Shown here piece by piece: positions 9,534-19,845 of a DNA stretch of 64,000 bases. Made by a program: the position numbers and the translations under genes. Numbering within the stretch: the first letter of the stretch is position 1; each line of letters opens with the position of its first letter. The notes below the pieces were generated by a model that was given only the letters and a program-made list of their open reading frames with translations, searched no databases and was not told the origin of the DNA. Source of the DNA: Bacteroidia bacterium (lineage in GTDB: Bacteria > Bacteroidota > Bacteroidia > UBA7662); NCBI GenBank assembly GCA_046291695.1, contig JBKBSO010000010.1:40319-104318 (forward strand). Direction: 5' to 3'.

Positions 9534-10799
9534 ATGAATGGGTTAAGCGGCATAATGGGTATGGGGCCAAAATCCGATTGGTTGTCAATGGGTTTTGCCT
9601 GTTTGGTAATCAGTGCTTTTTTTCCGGAATTTATAAGTTCCTACACCATCATGCTCTTTGTGGTTTTGTCGATTGTTCAATTTCGAAAAACCGGATTTCG
9701 ATGGCCTGCCCACGGCTGGGTGTATGGCTTAGCCTTGTTGTTTTTATGGCAGCTTGTGGGTATGGGCTACAGCTCGAACCCTGAACAGGGTTGGCCTTTG
9801 CTGGGCATGTCGTTGCTTATGGCCCTTATTCCCTGGCTCCTACACAGCCAGCAACTACAGGCCGAAAGGCTGGTGCAAAGCGGACTGCGCTGGTTGTGGG
9901 GCAGCACCTTGCTGGCTTCTTTTTATCTAACCGGTTTAGGCTTGGTCAAAATCATTTCTATTGGCGAGCATTACTGGTACTACTCGGGTTTTTACCTCTA
10001 TTATACCGGGCTGGCAGAACACCTTATGCACCCTACCTACTTGAGCTGCTTGGTGAGCATGGCCTTTATGGGAGCAGTATATTTACGCTGGAAGGGGCAA
10101 TTGCGCTCGAACCGGGTGTTTTACCTTTGCCAGGCTTGGTTGCTGTTGTTTTTGGTGATGCTTTCGGCCAGGATGACCATTCTGGCTTTTGTCCTAAGCT
10201 CGGCTTTGCTCTTGCTGTACCTGGCGCGTACGCATCCGCACCGCAAAAAATTGTACCGCCTGCTCTTGCTGATGCCTTTGGTGCTCTTGCTGTTGTTTTT
10301 GGCCTTGCCGGCTACGGTGCAAGAGCGATATACCAGCTTGCTCAATGCCGAATATGATATTGGTGCCCCGGAGCAACACGACTTTAATGGACTTACCATA
10401 CGGTTGGCAGAATGGAAAGGCGTGGGTGAAGCCATGCAGGGTCACTGGTGGTTGGGGCATGGCACCGGTGGCGGTAAACAAGCTTTGTTAGCGGCTTATG
10501 AGCGCATTGGGTTTGGTTTGGGTGTAGCGCTTGGCTATAATGCACACAACCAATTGCTCGAAACAGCTTTGGGGAATGGCTTACCGGGCAGCATGCTGCT
10601 TTTGCTTGTTTTTGTATTGGCCTTTAGGAAGGCCTGGTTAAACAACAATTGGCTGGCCATGTGGTTGCTGGTCTTCATCTTCATCAGCATGCAGTCGGAA
10701 AGTTTGCTTATTCGCAACCGGGGTGCCCTCTTTTTTGCCATGTATACCGGCTTGCTGCTGCTGCTGCCGCGTGCATCTTTACCCGGAAAAGCAGGCTGA
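9534..10799 (+). CDS. O-antigen ligase / Wzy-family polytopic membrane protein
   Basis: About 10 TM helices. HNQLLETALGNGLPG resembles the Wzy_C motif. Translationally coupled to the manC-like gene. Confidence 0.55.
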   Translation: MNGLSGIMGMGPKSDWLSMGFACLVISAFFPEFISSYTIMLFVVLSIVQFRKTGFRWPAHGWVYGLALLFLWQLVGMGYSSNPEQGWPLLGMSLLMALIPWLLHSQQLQAERLVQSGLRWLWGSTLLASFYLTGLGLVKIISIGEHYWYYSGFYLYYTGLAEHLMHPTYLSCLVSMAFMGAVYLRWKGQLRSNRVFYLCQAWLLLFLVMLSARMTILAFVLSSALLLLYLARTHPHRKKLYRLLLLMPLVLLLLFLALPATVQERYTSLLNAEYDIGAPEQHDFNGLTIRLAEWKGVGEAMQGHWWLGHGTGGGKQALLAAYERIGFGLGVALGYNAHNQLLETALGNGLPGSMLLLLVFVLAFRKAWLNNNWLAMWLLVFIFISMQSESLLIRNRGALFFAMYTGLLLLLPRASLPGKAG

Positions 10800-10875
10800 T
10801 TTTGCCCGAATTGATCAAAAATTGTGTTTCCGGCTGCTGTTAAGCTATATTTGTGCATAGCACCAAAACCAATGC

Positions 10876-13800
10876 ATGCACCCTTACCTGCGCACTAGTC
10901 TACGATTAATTGCCGGATGTTTCGTGGGCCTGCTCTCACTCATCGTGTTGTTGGTGCTGCTGCTACGCGTAGCAGGCGTGCAACAATGGGCTGCTGAAAA
11001 AGGCGCCCTTTGGTTGTCGGATAAAACCGATACGCACATCAGTATCCAAAAATTGCGCTTTAGCTACCGTGGCGATTTGCTCGTAGAGGGCTTGCTCATC
11101 CAATTCCCCGAAGGCGACACCCTGCTCTACAGCCAAAGCCTGCGCACCCAATGCAAATGGTGGGAACTTCCCGCCATATCGGTGCCTTTTGTCGACTGGG
11201 AAGGATTGCAGGCCAATATTCAACAAGACGCAGCAGGCAACTGGAATTTTGCGCGCTTGCTTGCGCCTTTTGTGGCCAAAGAAACGGATAGCTTGCCAGC
11301 CGAAGCAAAGAAAAAAAAGACTTCCGAAACCCCCGAATTGCGCATTGGCCCCATCCACCTAAGCCAATGGGAGCTGCGATATGGTTCAGCCACCGATAGC
11401 TTGCAAATGCAGCTGGCACTGGGAAATCTTGAACTTTGGGCCGATAGCCTGCTGCCCGATCAAAACTTCTACGGCCTGCAGCAATTTGCCTTGCACAATA
11501 GCCGATTTGAACTCCTCAGCAGCGGCAGCCCGGCAGCAGCCGATGACGACAGCAGCCAAAACGTATTGCCCAGAATTAGGATACACCGGCTCGATTTGGG
11601 TGGGCTCGATCTCCGCTACACCGACCTGCAAAACAGCTATGGGCTCGTCTTGGGCCGTCTGGCACTTGAATTGCCCGAACTGGATCTCGATCAACACAAA
11701 ATACGGGTCGATAGCTTTTTGCTGGCCGATAGCCGGCTGGATATGCTGCTGGCAGAAGCCGACAGCAGCGGCGCCCGGGCACCACAAGCTGATAACCAGG
11801 CTTTCGTTTGGCCCGATTGGCAGGCCGATATCTACCAAGTACACCTACTCAATACCCATTTGCTTTTTCAGCAAGGTGCTTCCGCGCCGCAACAGGCAAA
11901 TTTACAATCATTGGCTTCACGCTTGCACTACCGGCCTGGCATGGCGTCGATGGCGCTACAATTGACTAATCTGCGCGAAGGCGGTGGCCTTCAAATTAAC
12001 CATCTGGGCAGCCAACTCAGTTTGAGCAACGAGGCCTTACAGCTTAAGAGCTTGCAACTGCGGTCGGGGCGCTCCGATTTTGAAGCCAGCGGCAGGCTCA
12101 ACTACCCCAATATCGATGCCCTTTTATCGGCCGACAGCAGCCTGAGTCTTCAGTTGGCTTGCAAGTCAACAGGCATTTACCCCATTGATTTTGCCCGTTT
12201 TATGGGCGATATGGCCGAAGACGCACGACTAAAGCCCCTGTTGCCAGTTCCGCTTTCTTTTGAATTGATTACTGAGGGCGATATGCGGGAACTTAAGCTC
12301 GACAGCCTGCAAATCGATTGGGGCGATGGCACTCGGCTGGCAGCGAGTGGCAAACTCGTACAATTGCTCGACAGTGCTCGGATGCAGTTTAATCTGCCCC
12401 GCGTACAGCTGAGTTCGGTGCAAGCCGACTTGAACTTGCTCTATGCAGATACCTCCTTGGCTTGGCCTACCCATTTTTTGCTCGATGCCGGCGTACGGGG
12501 CAGCCGGAGCAGCTTGAGCAGTGGCATGAAGCTGCACTTGCCCGGAGGTACTGCCTTTATCATGGCTGCCGTTGAAGACACGGGCAGAGCGCATTTTACA
12601 CTCGATGCCGACCTGCAAGGACAGGCCTGGGCCGAGCTGCTCAAGCAGCCTGATTTTGGTAATGTGGAACTTGGTTTCAGGCTCGAAGGCAGCGGGCGAG
12701 ATTTGGCCAATCTGGAGATGAAGCTGGCTGGGGAGCTGGAGTTCATTGAATACTTAGAGGAACGATACGAAATGTTGCGGTTCGAAGGCGAATTGAAACA
12801 ACAGCAATTGCGGTTTGCTGCTGATATGAATCAGATGCCCCTTGCCTTCGATCTGAAGATGACTGCCCGGCTCGACAGCCTGGTGCCGGAGGCTGAGCTA
12901 AAGTTGCGCTTAATCCGTGCCAGTTTAAAGCGTCTTGGCTTGCGCGACGATGAGCTGGTGCTCCGCATGCAGCTGGATGCCGGATACCGTGCTCAGGGAG
13001 CAAGCCGCGAAGCGGAATTGCTGCTGACCGACGGCCTGTTCCAAACCGCTACGAGCCGCTATCCGGTGGATAGTTTACGCGCCTGGCTCCAATCCGACAG
13101 CCTGCATTTTGTGGCCGGCTTGCGGAGTGAGTTGGCCGGAGGCGAATTTAGGGCAAATGCCGGAATCGATGAATTGGTGTTGGCCATCAGGCAGCAGCTT
13201 CGCAACTATTTACCCCTGGCTGAAATCGACAGCCTAGAGCGGAAGGATATCCAATTGGCAGGCGAGTTGAAGCTATACGAAAACCGCTTGCTTACCGATT
13301 TGCTGGTTCCCGAATTGCGGCGGCTCGACAGCAGTTCACTCCAGTTGCAGTTCGACCAGGCAGCCGGCACATTACGCATCGATTTACAATCGCCGGCCAT
13401 TGACTATGGCGATGTTTCGGTACGGGGCATGTATATCGATTTGAATAGCAAGCCGGATAGCCTGGAAATGACCGCAGGCTTTGCACGTTTACAGCAAGCC
13501 GACCGCATAGATATACACCCAACGCGTTTGCAAGCCGAAATGCTGGGCGATACCGTACTTTTTGGCCTGCGGATGCAGCGCGAAGATGCCAGCACCTTGT
13601 ACGCCCTCGATGCCTTCATTAACCGCATAGCCGATACCACCCACATTCAGCTCTTGCCCAATCCTTTGGTGTTACAAGGGGTCAACTGGCAAATTCCAAA
13701 AGAGAATTACATTCGTTTTGCACCCGGCTACCTCCGTACCGAAAACTTCAGCTTGCAGCACCAAGAAGAACTGTTGGCCTTGAGCCAGGATGCCCCCGAT

Positions 13801-15819
13801 GCGCTCGATTTGCAATTCGAAGGTTTCCGTTTGTCGAATATTTCGGCCTTGCTCAATGCCGATTCGGTACCCTTGCGTGGTCGCTTGGAGGGCGAGGTGC
13901 AATTTGAGCATATGTTCAGCAACCCGGCTGCACAGGCCAGGTTGGCCATTACGCGCTTACGATTTGGCGAAGAATATCTGGGGAATATGCGCATTACTGC
14001 CACCAACCCAGCTGCCAACCGTTACGACTTTAGTATGGGACTGGCCGATGGAGCTATCCGCATGCGGCTCGAAGGGAATTACGAAGCAATAGCGGGCGAA
14101 CAACTGTTGAATCTTCAACTGCAGCTCGATACCCTGCAGTTAAGCATGCTTACCGCTTTCAGCAACAATCAGTTCAGCAATCCGCAGGGTTTCGTAAGTG
14201 CCCGTTTCGATATCAGTGGAAGTCTTGCCGCACCACAATACACCGGAAGCATGCGATTCCGCAATGCTGCCCTCACGGTAAACAAGCTCAACAATCGCTT
14301 TAGTTTGCCCGATGAACGTATTCGGATTGATAATGCGGGTATGGTGATTGAGCAATTTGAACTGCGCGACCCGCATGGGCACCGGTTGTTTGTATCGGGT
14401 ACCATCAAAACGCCAGAATTATTGCAGCCCGAGCTGGACTTGCGGCTGCGAGCCAACAATTTCCAGCTCATTGATGCCACGGCTAAAAACAACCCCATGT
14501 TTTATGGAAAGGCCAGCGTAACTACAGAAGCGCGTTTGCAGGGGAGTTTTAGCCGACCGATTATTGAAATGAAAGCCAGTTTGAACAAGGGAAGTAAGTT
14601 GTGGTTTGTGGTGCCCGAATCGCAAGCCGGCTTGGTGGAGCGCGAGGGGTTGGTATTGTTTACCGATATGCGTACTGCCTATTGGGACAGCCTTTTTGTT
14701 GGGCAGCAGCAGTTGCAAGACATCACCGGGATTACCTTGATGGCCGTTTTTCAGGTAGATCCGGAAACGGAGCTCACAGTAATTGTGGATGAGCGTTCGG
14801 GAGATAAGTTGCAGGTATCGGGCCGGGCCGATTTGCGCTATGAGCTTTTTCCCAATGGCCGCATGACTCTTTCGGGCGTGTATGAGGTAAACCGTGGGGC
14901 GTATGACCTGAGTTTATACGATGTGGTGCAGCGAAAATTCGAAATTAGCCAGGGCAGTACCATCAGCTGGCGGGGCGATGTGCTTGATGCGGCCCTTGAT
15001 TTGCGTGCCCGCTACCGGGTAAACACAAGCGCCATCGACCTGCTGAGTGAGCAATTGAGTGGGGTTGATGCCAGCACCCTGAGCCGTTATCGGCAGGAGT
15101 TGCCCTTTGATGTGTACACCAACATCCGTGGAGAGCTACTTAAACCACAGGTAAGCTTTTCGCTCGATATGCCCGAAAACCAGCGCGGAGTGCTCGACGG
15201 TAATGTGTATGCCCGGGTGCAACAGCTCAACCAGCAAGAAAGTGAACTGAACAAGCAGGTTTTTTCGCTTTTGGTGCTCAACCGCTTTCTGCCCGCAGGC
15301 GCAGGCTCACAGGTTGGGGCAAGTGCCACAACCCTGGCCCGTTCGAGCGCCAGCCAAGTTTTAAGCGGTCAGCTCAACAGTTTGAGTGCCCGCTACATCA
15401 AAGCAGTAGATGTTGACATGAACCTGAGTAGCTTTACCGATTACCAAGGGGGGCAGGCACAAGACCGCACCGTGGCCAATGTAAATGTGCGCAAAAATTT
15501 GCTCGACGACCGATTGGTAGTACAATTGGGTTCTCAGGTAGATTTGGAAGGGAATCAGCGTCGACAGCAAAATGCCAGTGACATCATTGGCGACGTAACC
15601 CTTGAATACCTGCTCACCGAATCGGGTGATTACCGCATCAGTGCATTTCGCCGGAACCAGTTTGAAGGCCTCATCGAAGGGCAGTTGATTGTAACAGGCA
15701 CCTCGCTGGTGTTTAGCCGTGAATTTAATCGTTTTTCGGAAGCTTTTAAGCGCCGGGCTGCCAGGCCAGAGCACGAAAAAAAGGCCCCACAACCCAAAAC
15801 TGAGGAGGTGGAGCCATGA
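10876..15819 (+). CDS. tamB: Translocation/assembly module TamB-like (AsmA/DUF490 family) giant periplasm-spanning protein
   Basis: 1647 aa with an N-terminal membrane anchor and long repetitive beta-rich sequence. Overlaps the downstream Omp85-family gene by 4 bp. Confidence 0.6.
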   Translation: MHPYLRTSLRLIAGCFVGLLSLIVLLVLLLRVAGVQQWAAEKGALWLSDKTDTHISIQKLRFSYRGDLLVEGLLIQFPEGDTLLYSQSLRTQCKWWELPAISVPFVDWEGLQANIQQDAAGNWNFARLLAPFVAKETDSLPAEAKKKKTSETPELRIGPIHLSQWELRYGSATDSLQMQLALGNLELWADSLLPDQNFYGLQQFALHNSRFELLSSGSPAAADDDSSQNVLPRIRIHRLDLGGLDLRYTDLQNSYGLVLGRLALELPELDLDQHKIRVDSFLLADSRLDMLLAEADSSGARAPQADNQAFVWPDWQADIYQVHLLNTHLLFQQGASAPQQANLQSLASRLHYRPGMASMALQLTNLREGGGLQINHLGSQLSLSNEALQLKSLQLRSGRSDFEASGRLNYPNIDALLSADSSLSLQLACKSTGIYPIDFARFMGDMAEDARLKPLLPVPLSFELITEGDMRELKLDSLQIDWGDGTRLAASGKLVQLLDSARMQFNLPRVQLSSVQADLNLLYADTSLAWPTHFLLDAGVRGSRSSLSSGMKLHLPGGTAFIMAAVEDTGRAHFTLDADLQGQAWAELLKQPDFGNVELGFRLEGSGRDLANLEMKLAGELEFIEYLEERYEMLRFEGELKQQQLRFAADMNQMPLAFDLKMTARLDSLVPEAELKLRLIRASLKRLGLRDDELVLRMQLDAGYRAQGASREAELLLTDGLFQTATSRYPVDSLRAWLQSDSLHFVAGLRSELAGGEFRANAGIDELVLAIRQQLRNYLPLAEIDSLERKDIQLAGELKLYENRLLTDLLVPELRRLDSSSLQLQFDQAAGTLRIDLQSPAIDYGDVSVRGMYIDLNSKPDSLEMTAGFARLQQADRIDIHPTRLQAEMLGDTVLFGLRMQREDASTLYALDAFINRIADTTHIQLLPNPLVLQGVNWQIPKENYIRFAPGYLRTENFSLQHQEELLALSQDAPDALDLQFEGFRLSNISALLNADSVPLRGRLEGEVQFEHMFSNPAAQARLAITRLRFGEEYLGNMRITATNPAANRYDFSMGLADGAIRMRLEGNYEAIAGEQLLNLQLQLDTLQLSMLTAFSNNQFSNPQGFVSARFDISGSLAAPQYTGSMRFRNAALTVNKLNNRFSLPDERIRIDNAGMVIEQFELRDPHGHRLFVSGTIKTPELLQPELDLRLRANNFQLIDATAKNNPMFYGKASVTTEARLQGSFSRPIIEMKASLNKGSKLWFVVPESQAGLVEREGLVLFTDMRTAYWDSLFVGQQQLQDITGITLMAVFQVDPETELTVIVDERSGDKLQVSGRADLRYELFPNGRMTLSGVYEVNRGAYDLSLYDVVQRKFEISQGSTISWRGDVLDAALDLRARYRVNTSAIDLLSEQLSGVDASTLSRYRQELPFDVYTNIRGELLKPQVSFSLDMPENQRGVLDGNVYARVQQLNQQESELNKQVFSLLVLNRFLPAGAGSQVGASATTLARSSASQVLSGQLNSLSARYIKAVDVDMNLSSFTDYQGGQAQDRTVANVNVRKNLLDDRLVVQLGSQVDLEGNQRRQQNASDIIGDVTLEYLLTESGDYRISAFRRNQFEGLIEGQLIVTGTSLVFSREFNRFSEAFKRRAARPEHEKKAPQPKTEEVEP

Positions 15820-18092
15820 GAAAATACTATTGGGCGGCTTTGCTCCTCGTATTGAGTGCTTGTGGTACCCTACGCAAATTGCCCGAAGGCGAGCAGTTGT
15901 ACCGTGGCACCGAAATTGTGCTGCACAGCACCGAGCCCATCGAAAACCGATCGGCGCTCCAGGCAGAACTGGCCAATGTGGTTTTCCCCAAACCCAATGG
16001 CCGTTTGTTTTGGCAGTACCCCGGGATTTATATTCACGAGCGTGCCAAAGCCGAAAAGGGTGCACGACTGTCGAAAAGGCTGAACAAACGCTATGGAGAA
16101 GCTCCGGTTTACCTGAGTCAGCTCAATAATGAAAAAATTGCGCAGCTCATGCAAAACCGGCTCGAAAATCGCGGCTATTTTGACCACGAAATTCGGCTTG
16201 TTAAACAAGGAAAAGGCCGCAAGGGCATACTTCGGGCCGAAATTCAGCTCGATCCGCCCTACCGTTTGCACCAGTATGCCTGGTATGGACCGCAAGACAG
16301 CCTTGCGCGGCTCCTGCTGCCTCAATTGCCCAAAGGCAAGCTACAGCCGGGTACACGCTACGATTTAGATGCCTTGCGAACGGAACGCGAGCGACTCGAT
16401 ACTTGGCTCAAAAACCGGGGATATTATGCCTTTTCGGCCGATTATTTCATTTTTAGGGCCGATACCAACCTCAACAATCGACAATACAACCTTTATTTGG
16501 GCATCAAAGCTGCGAGTCCGCCCGAAGCCTTGTTGCCCTACCGCATCAATAGTGTTTCGGTATTCCCGAATTACCAGGTTCAGGCCGACAGCGGGCAAAG
16601 CAGCAAGCTCGATACGGTAGTGAACCGTGGCATACAGTTTATAGAAGGCGTAGACAAGACCTTCTTGCCACATCACTTACAGCGCTATATTTTGTTGCAG
16701 CCGGGCCAATTGTATGAGCGCAATCGCGAGCTCATGACCAGCAACCGCATCAGTAACTTGGGCAACTTTCGGTTTGTAACCCTGCGTTTTTATCCGACCG
16801 ATTCGATAGTAGGTACTGATCATGCGGTGCAAACGCTTCAGGCCAATTTGTATCTTTCGCCCGCTAATAAGCGCCGTTTGCGATACGAAACGCAGTTTTT
16901 ATCCAAATCGAACAACTTTGTGGGGCCGGCCCTGAAAGCGGGTTACCAGAATCGGAATTTGTTCAAAGGAGGGGAGTTGCTTAACATTGACATGAACCTG
17001 GGCTTTGAAACGCAGTTTGCAGGAGGGCGGCAAACCGGTTTAAATTCCTACGAGGCTGGCATTCGAAGCGAATTGGTATTTCCCCGGGTGTTGGCGCCGG
17101 TTTCGCTGGGCGAAAATGTAAGCCATGGCATTGCCCGTACCCGCATGGTGGTGGGCGGAAGTTTGCTCAATCGGATGCAATTTTACCAGCTCCGTGCCTT
17201 TCAAACTTCTTTTGGTTACACCTGGAATACCAACCGTTTTGTGACGCACGATTTACAGCCGTTTTCGGTTAGTTTTACTGGTTTGGCGCGCACGTCCGAC
17301 GCTTTTGAAATCATATTGGCCAATAATCCTTTCTTGCGACAAAGTTTCGATCAGCGATTTATTGCCGGTATGGTATACCAGTTTACTTTTAGCGAGCTCA
17401 CTGAAAGCAAGCCCCACCGCTGGGTAGCGATTGCCTCGCTCGATATGTCGGGGAATTTATTGGGAGCTTTGAGTGGGAGTGGCCGTTTGTTTGGCGAGCC
17501 CCTGGCGCAGTATGTACGTATCGATGCCGATTTGCGCCACCATTGGGTGCTCAGCAAGGAACGTAGGCTGGTGTTTAGGGCCTTTGCAGGGGGGGGGTAT
17601 AGCTATGGCAATAGCCAAACTTTGCCTTACATTAAGCAGTATTTTTCAGGTGGCCCCAATAGTGTACGGGCCTTTAACATCCGCTCATTGGGACCGGGCA
17701 ATTACCGTCCGCTCGATTTTGATGCGGCTTCATTTTTTGATCAAGCCGGCGACATCAAACTAGAAGCCAACGTGGAATACCGCTTTCCGCTCTTGCCTTA
17801 CCTGAAAGGGGCTTGGTTTTTGGATGCAGGAAATATTTGGCTGCAACGCTTTAACCCGGCTCTGGGTGGCGGACAGTTTACGGCCAATTGGATGCAGGAA
17901 TTGGGTGTGGGTGCCGGCTTTGGCTTGCGCATCGATGCCGACATCCTGGTGTTTCGTTTTGATTTGGCGAGCCCTTTACGTAAGCCCTGGCTTCCTGCCG
18001 GCAGCCGATGGCTGGGCGATTTTGAACCGGGCAGCAGAAACTGGCGTCGCGAGAACCTGAACTTGGTATTTGCTATTGGGTATCCGTTCTGA
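15816..18092 (+). CDS. tamA: Omp85/BamA-TamA family outer-membrane protein (surface antigen D15 barrel)
   Basis: Lipoprotein signal LVLSACG, 758 aa. The C-terminal beta-barrel ends ...FAIGYPF with an aromatic last residue. Coupled to tamB. Confidence 0.65.
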   Translation: MRKYYWAALLLVLSACGTLRKLPEGEQLYRGTEIVLHSTEPIENRSALQAELANVVFPKPNGRLFWQYPGIYIHERAKAEKGARLSKRLNKRYGEAPVYLSQLNNEKIAQLMQNRLENRGYFDHEIRLVKQGKGRKGILRAEIQLDPPYRLHQYAWYGPQDSLARLLLPQLPKGKLQPGTRYDLDALRTERERLDTWLKNRGYYAFSADYFIFRADTNLNNRQYNLYLGIKAASPPEALLPYRINSVSVFPNYQVQADSGQSSKLDTVVNRGIQFIEGVDKTFLPHHLQRYILLQPGQLYERNRELMTSNRISNLGNFRFVTLRFYPTDSIVGTDHAVQTLQANLYLSPANKRRLRYETQFLSKSNNFVGPALKAGYQNRNLFKGGELLNIDMNLGFETQFAGGRQTGLNSYEAGIRSELVFPRVLAPVSLGENVSHGIARTRMVVGGSLLNRMQFYQLRAFQTSFGYTWNTNRFVTHDLQPFSVSFTGLARTSDAFEIILANNPFLRQSFDQRFIAGMVYQFTFSELTESKPHRWVAIASLDMSGNLLGALSGSGRLFGEPLAQYVRIDADLRHHWVLSKERRLVFRAFAGGGYSYGNSQTLPYIKQYFSGGPNSVRAFNIRSLGPGNYRPLDFDAASFFDQAGDIKLEANVEYRFPLLPYLKGAWFLDAGNIWLQRFNPALGGGQFTANWMQELGVGAGFGLRIDADILVFRFDLASPLRKPWLPAGSRWLGDFEPGSRNWRRENLNLVFAIGYPF

Positions 18093-18159
18093 TGAGGCGA
18101 AGCGAGGGGAAGCGCGGCAGTGCAGGTTTGCAACTACGTGCGCTTTAACAACATCAACG

Positions 18160-18362
18160 CGGTCCAAATGCCGTATTGCATGGATGCCGTTCATATGCCC
18201 AAGGCTTCTACTCCGCACCAGCCAGCTGTGGTCTGCGGTCCGCGGTCCAAATGCCGTATTGCATCGAAGCCGTTCATATGTAAAAAGCTTCTACTCCGCA
18301 CATGCCAGCCGCGGTCTGCGGTCTAATCGCCGTATTGCATGGATGTCGTTCATGTGTAAAAA
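18160..18362. repeat. Tandem repeat array 1, about 2.5 copies of the 76-83 bp unit
   Basis: The unit CGCCGTATTGCATGGATGCCGTTCATATG plus a variable half is the same family as the 19846..20455 array. Confidence 0.7.
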
Positions 18363-18443
18363 GCTTAAAACCTAGAACGGCTGTTTGTTACTGCAAGCTC
18401 ACGGCCATTATGACCACCTTGCTCATCCTTTTCACGTAAAGAT

Positions 18444-18685
18444 ATTTCGCCCTTTCAGGGCTTCGATTTTCGCGACTTGCACTTTACCGGGGCTTCACCC
18501 TGGCCTGTTAGCTGCCGCCCCTTCAGGGCTTTTAATGTGTTCGTTTTTGTGATGAAGCACGCCTCCTAAACAGCGCTGATGGCGCGTAATACATCAGGGC
18601 AGGGTGTAGCCTTGTCAGCATGGCCCTATGAATTTTGAGCGCTGAAGGTGCGGAATATACTCCCGTAAGCATTGGGCAATGCGAA
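18444..18685. repeat. Diverged ~230-bp direct repeat, copy A, immediately 3' of vapC
   Basis: About 80% identical to 19482..19705. Shared strings include CGATTTTCG, CACCCTGGCCTGTTAG and GAATTTTGAGCGCTGAAGGTGCG.AATATACTCCCG.AAGC.TTGGG. Confidence 0.6.
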
Positions 18686-18791
18686 ACAAGCTTAATAAGA
18701 TGTGTGATGGCTTGCGACGAATGATCGTTGAACAACACCTAGTAATCAACTAAAGTAAGCATAAACACCGCGATGCGACCAGTAGCCTTAG

Positions 18792-19196
18792 CTACTTTTT
18801 CCAATTTTCAACCTTTAACCCATTAATAGATTCGTAATGTCGCTCGTTATTGGTAATTAGCGTTAGTTCGTTTTCAATCGCAATTCCTGCTATCAAAATG
18901 TCTGATGTTCCAATGGTTATTCCTTTTTGTCTAAGGTCTGCATAAAGGTCACCAGATATTTTTGCTGATTCCTCTGAAATGTGAATGATTGTGTTATTGG
19001 CTACAAATTCTTCAAATTCTTTTATCTGCTTTTCAGCCTTTTTGAATTTGAGTCCACCAAGGACTTCATAATAAGTGATTATGGATATGTTGATGACATC
19101 GAATTCTCTCAAATAGTCGTTGAACCTGGCAACAACTTTTGAGTCTCCTTTGAAGTAGGAGGATAAAATATCCGTATCAACCAAAGATTCAGGCAC
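18792..19196 (-). CDS. vapC: PIN-domain toxin VapC
   Basis: 134 aa. Conserved acidic residues in the DTDIL...E...D...TND pattern expected for a PIN domain. Confidence 0.8.
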   Translation of the reverse strand: MPESLVDTDILSSYFKGDSKVVARFNDYLREFDVINISIITYYEVLGGLKFKKAEKQIKEFEEFVANNTIIHISEESAKISGDLYADLRQKGITIGTSDILIAGIAIENELTLITNNERHYESINGLKVENWKK

Positions 19197-19198
19197 GC

Positions 19199-19429
19199 TC
19201 AGCTGATTTGTCTATCGTTAGTCCTGTTGTCGTGAAGGCTTTTCGTCATTTCATGGAAAAAACTTTCATCAAGGTCTTTCCATGTCCCCGCAAGCTTTAG
19301 CGTCTTATCCTTAGATTTAATTTGGTCTTCAATTTTACTCAATAACATATTGATTTCAGTCAATTTGTCTGCTGACAGTTGCTGAAGTTTCCTAACCAAG
19401 CTGTTCCTAAGTCTGTTCTTCACATTCAT
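19199..19429 (-). CDS. Putative cognate antitoxin (VapB-like) of the PIN toxin
   Basis: 76 aa and 2 bp upstream of vapC on the same strand. The size and tight arrangement are typical of antitoxins. No family-specific motif was recognised. Confidence 0.5.
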   Translation of the reverse strand: MNVKNRLRNSLVRKLQQLSADKLTEINMLLSKIEDQIKSKDKTLKLAGTWKDLDESFFHEMTKSLHDNRTNDRQIS

Positions 19430-19481
19430 ATCTCAAAACTACAAAATTACTGTTACTAATTCCTTGTTCGGTGATGGGTTT

Positions 19482-19705
19482 CGATTTTCGTGGTCTTGTA
19501 TAATCAAGGGCTGCACCCTGGCCTGTTAGATGACGCCCTTTCAAGGCTTAAAGTGAGTTCGTTTTTATGATGTAGTACGGCTCCAAAACAGCGTTGAAGG
19601 CGCGTAATACAATAAGGCAGGGTGAAGCCCTGTCGTAATATGGCCCCACGAATTTTGAGCGCTGAAGGTGCGAAATATACTCCCGCAAGCTTTGGGTGAT
19701 CCGGA
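19482..19705. repeat. Diverged ~230-bp direct repeat, copy B, immediately 5' of the vapBC pair
   Basis: Aligns with 18444..18685. It is followed by a 22-nt GAAGCGCGGCAGTGCRGGTTTG block that also occurs at 18100..18125. Confidence 0.6.
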
Positions 19706-19845
19706 AGGAAGCGCGGCAGTGCGGGTTTGAAGCCTTGTACGTTTGAACAGCGCTAACGCGGTACAAGACCGCAGTCCGCAGTCCGCAGCTGGACGGTGCA
19801 TGCTTGACACGAAAAACGCTTGAACAGCTTTTACGCAGTTCAAAT

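Noticed and set aside
10963-15329. Numerous 60-150 aa antisense and alternate-frame ORFs inside tamB, the type B T9SS gene, glgP, tkt and others
   Set aside because: They are embedded in long, well-supported genes on the other strand or frame. They are typical GC-rich frame artifacts.
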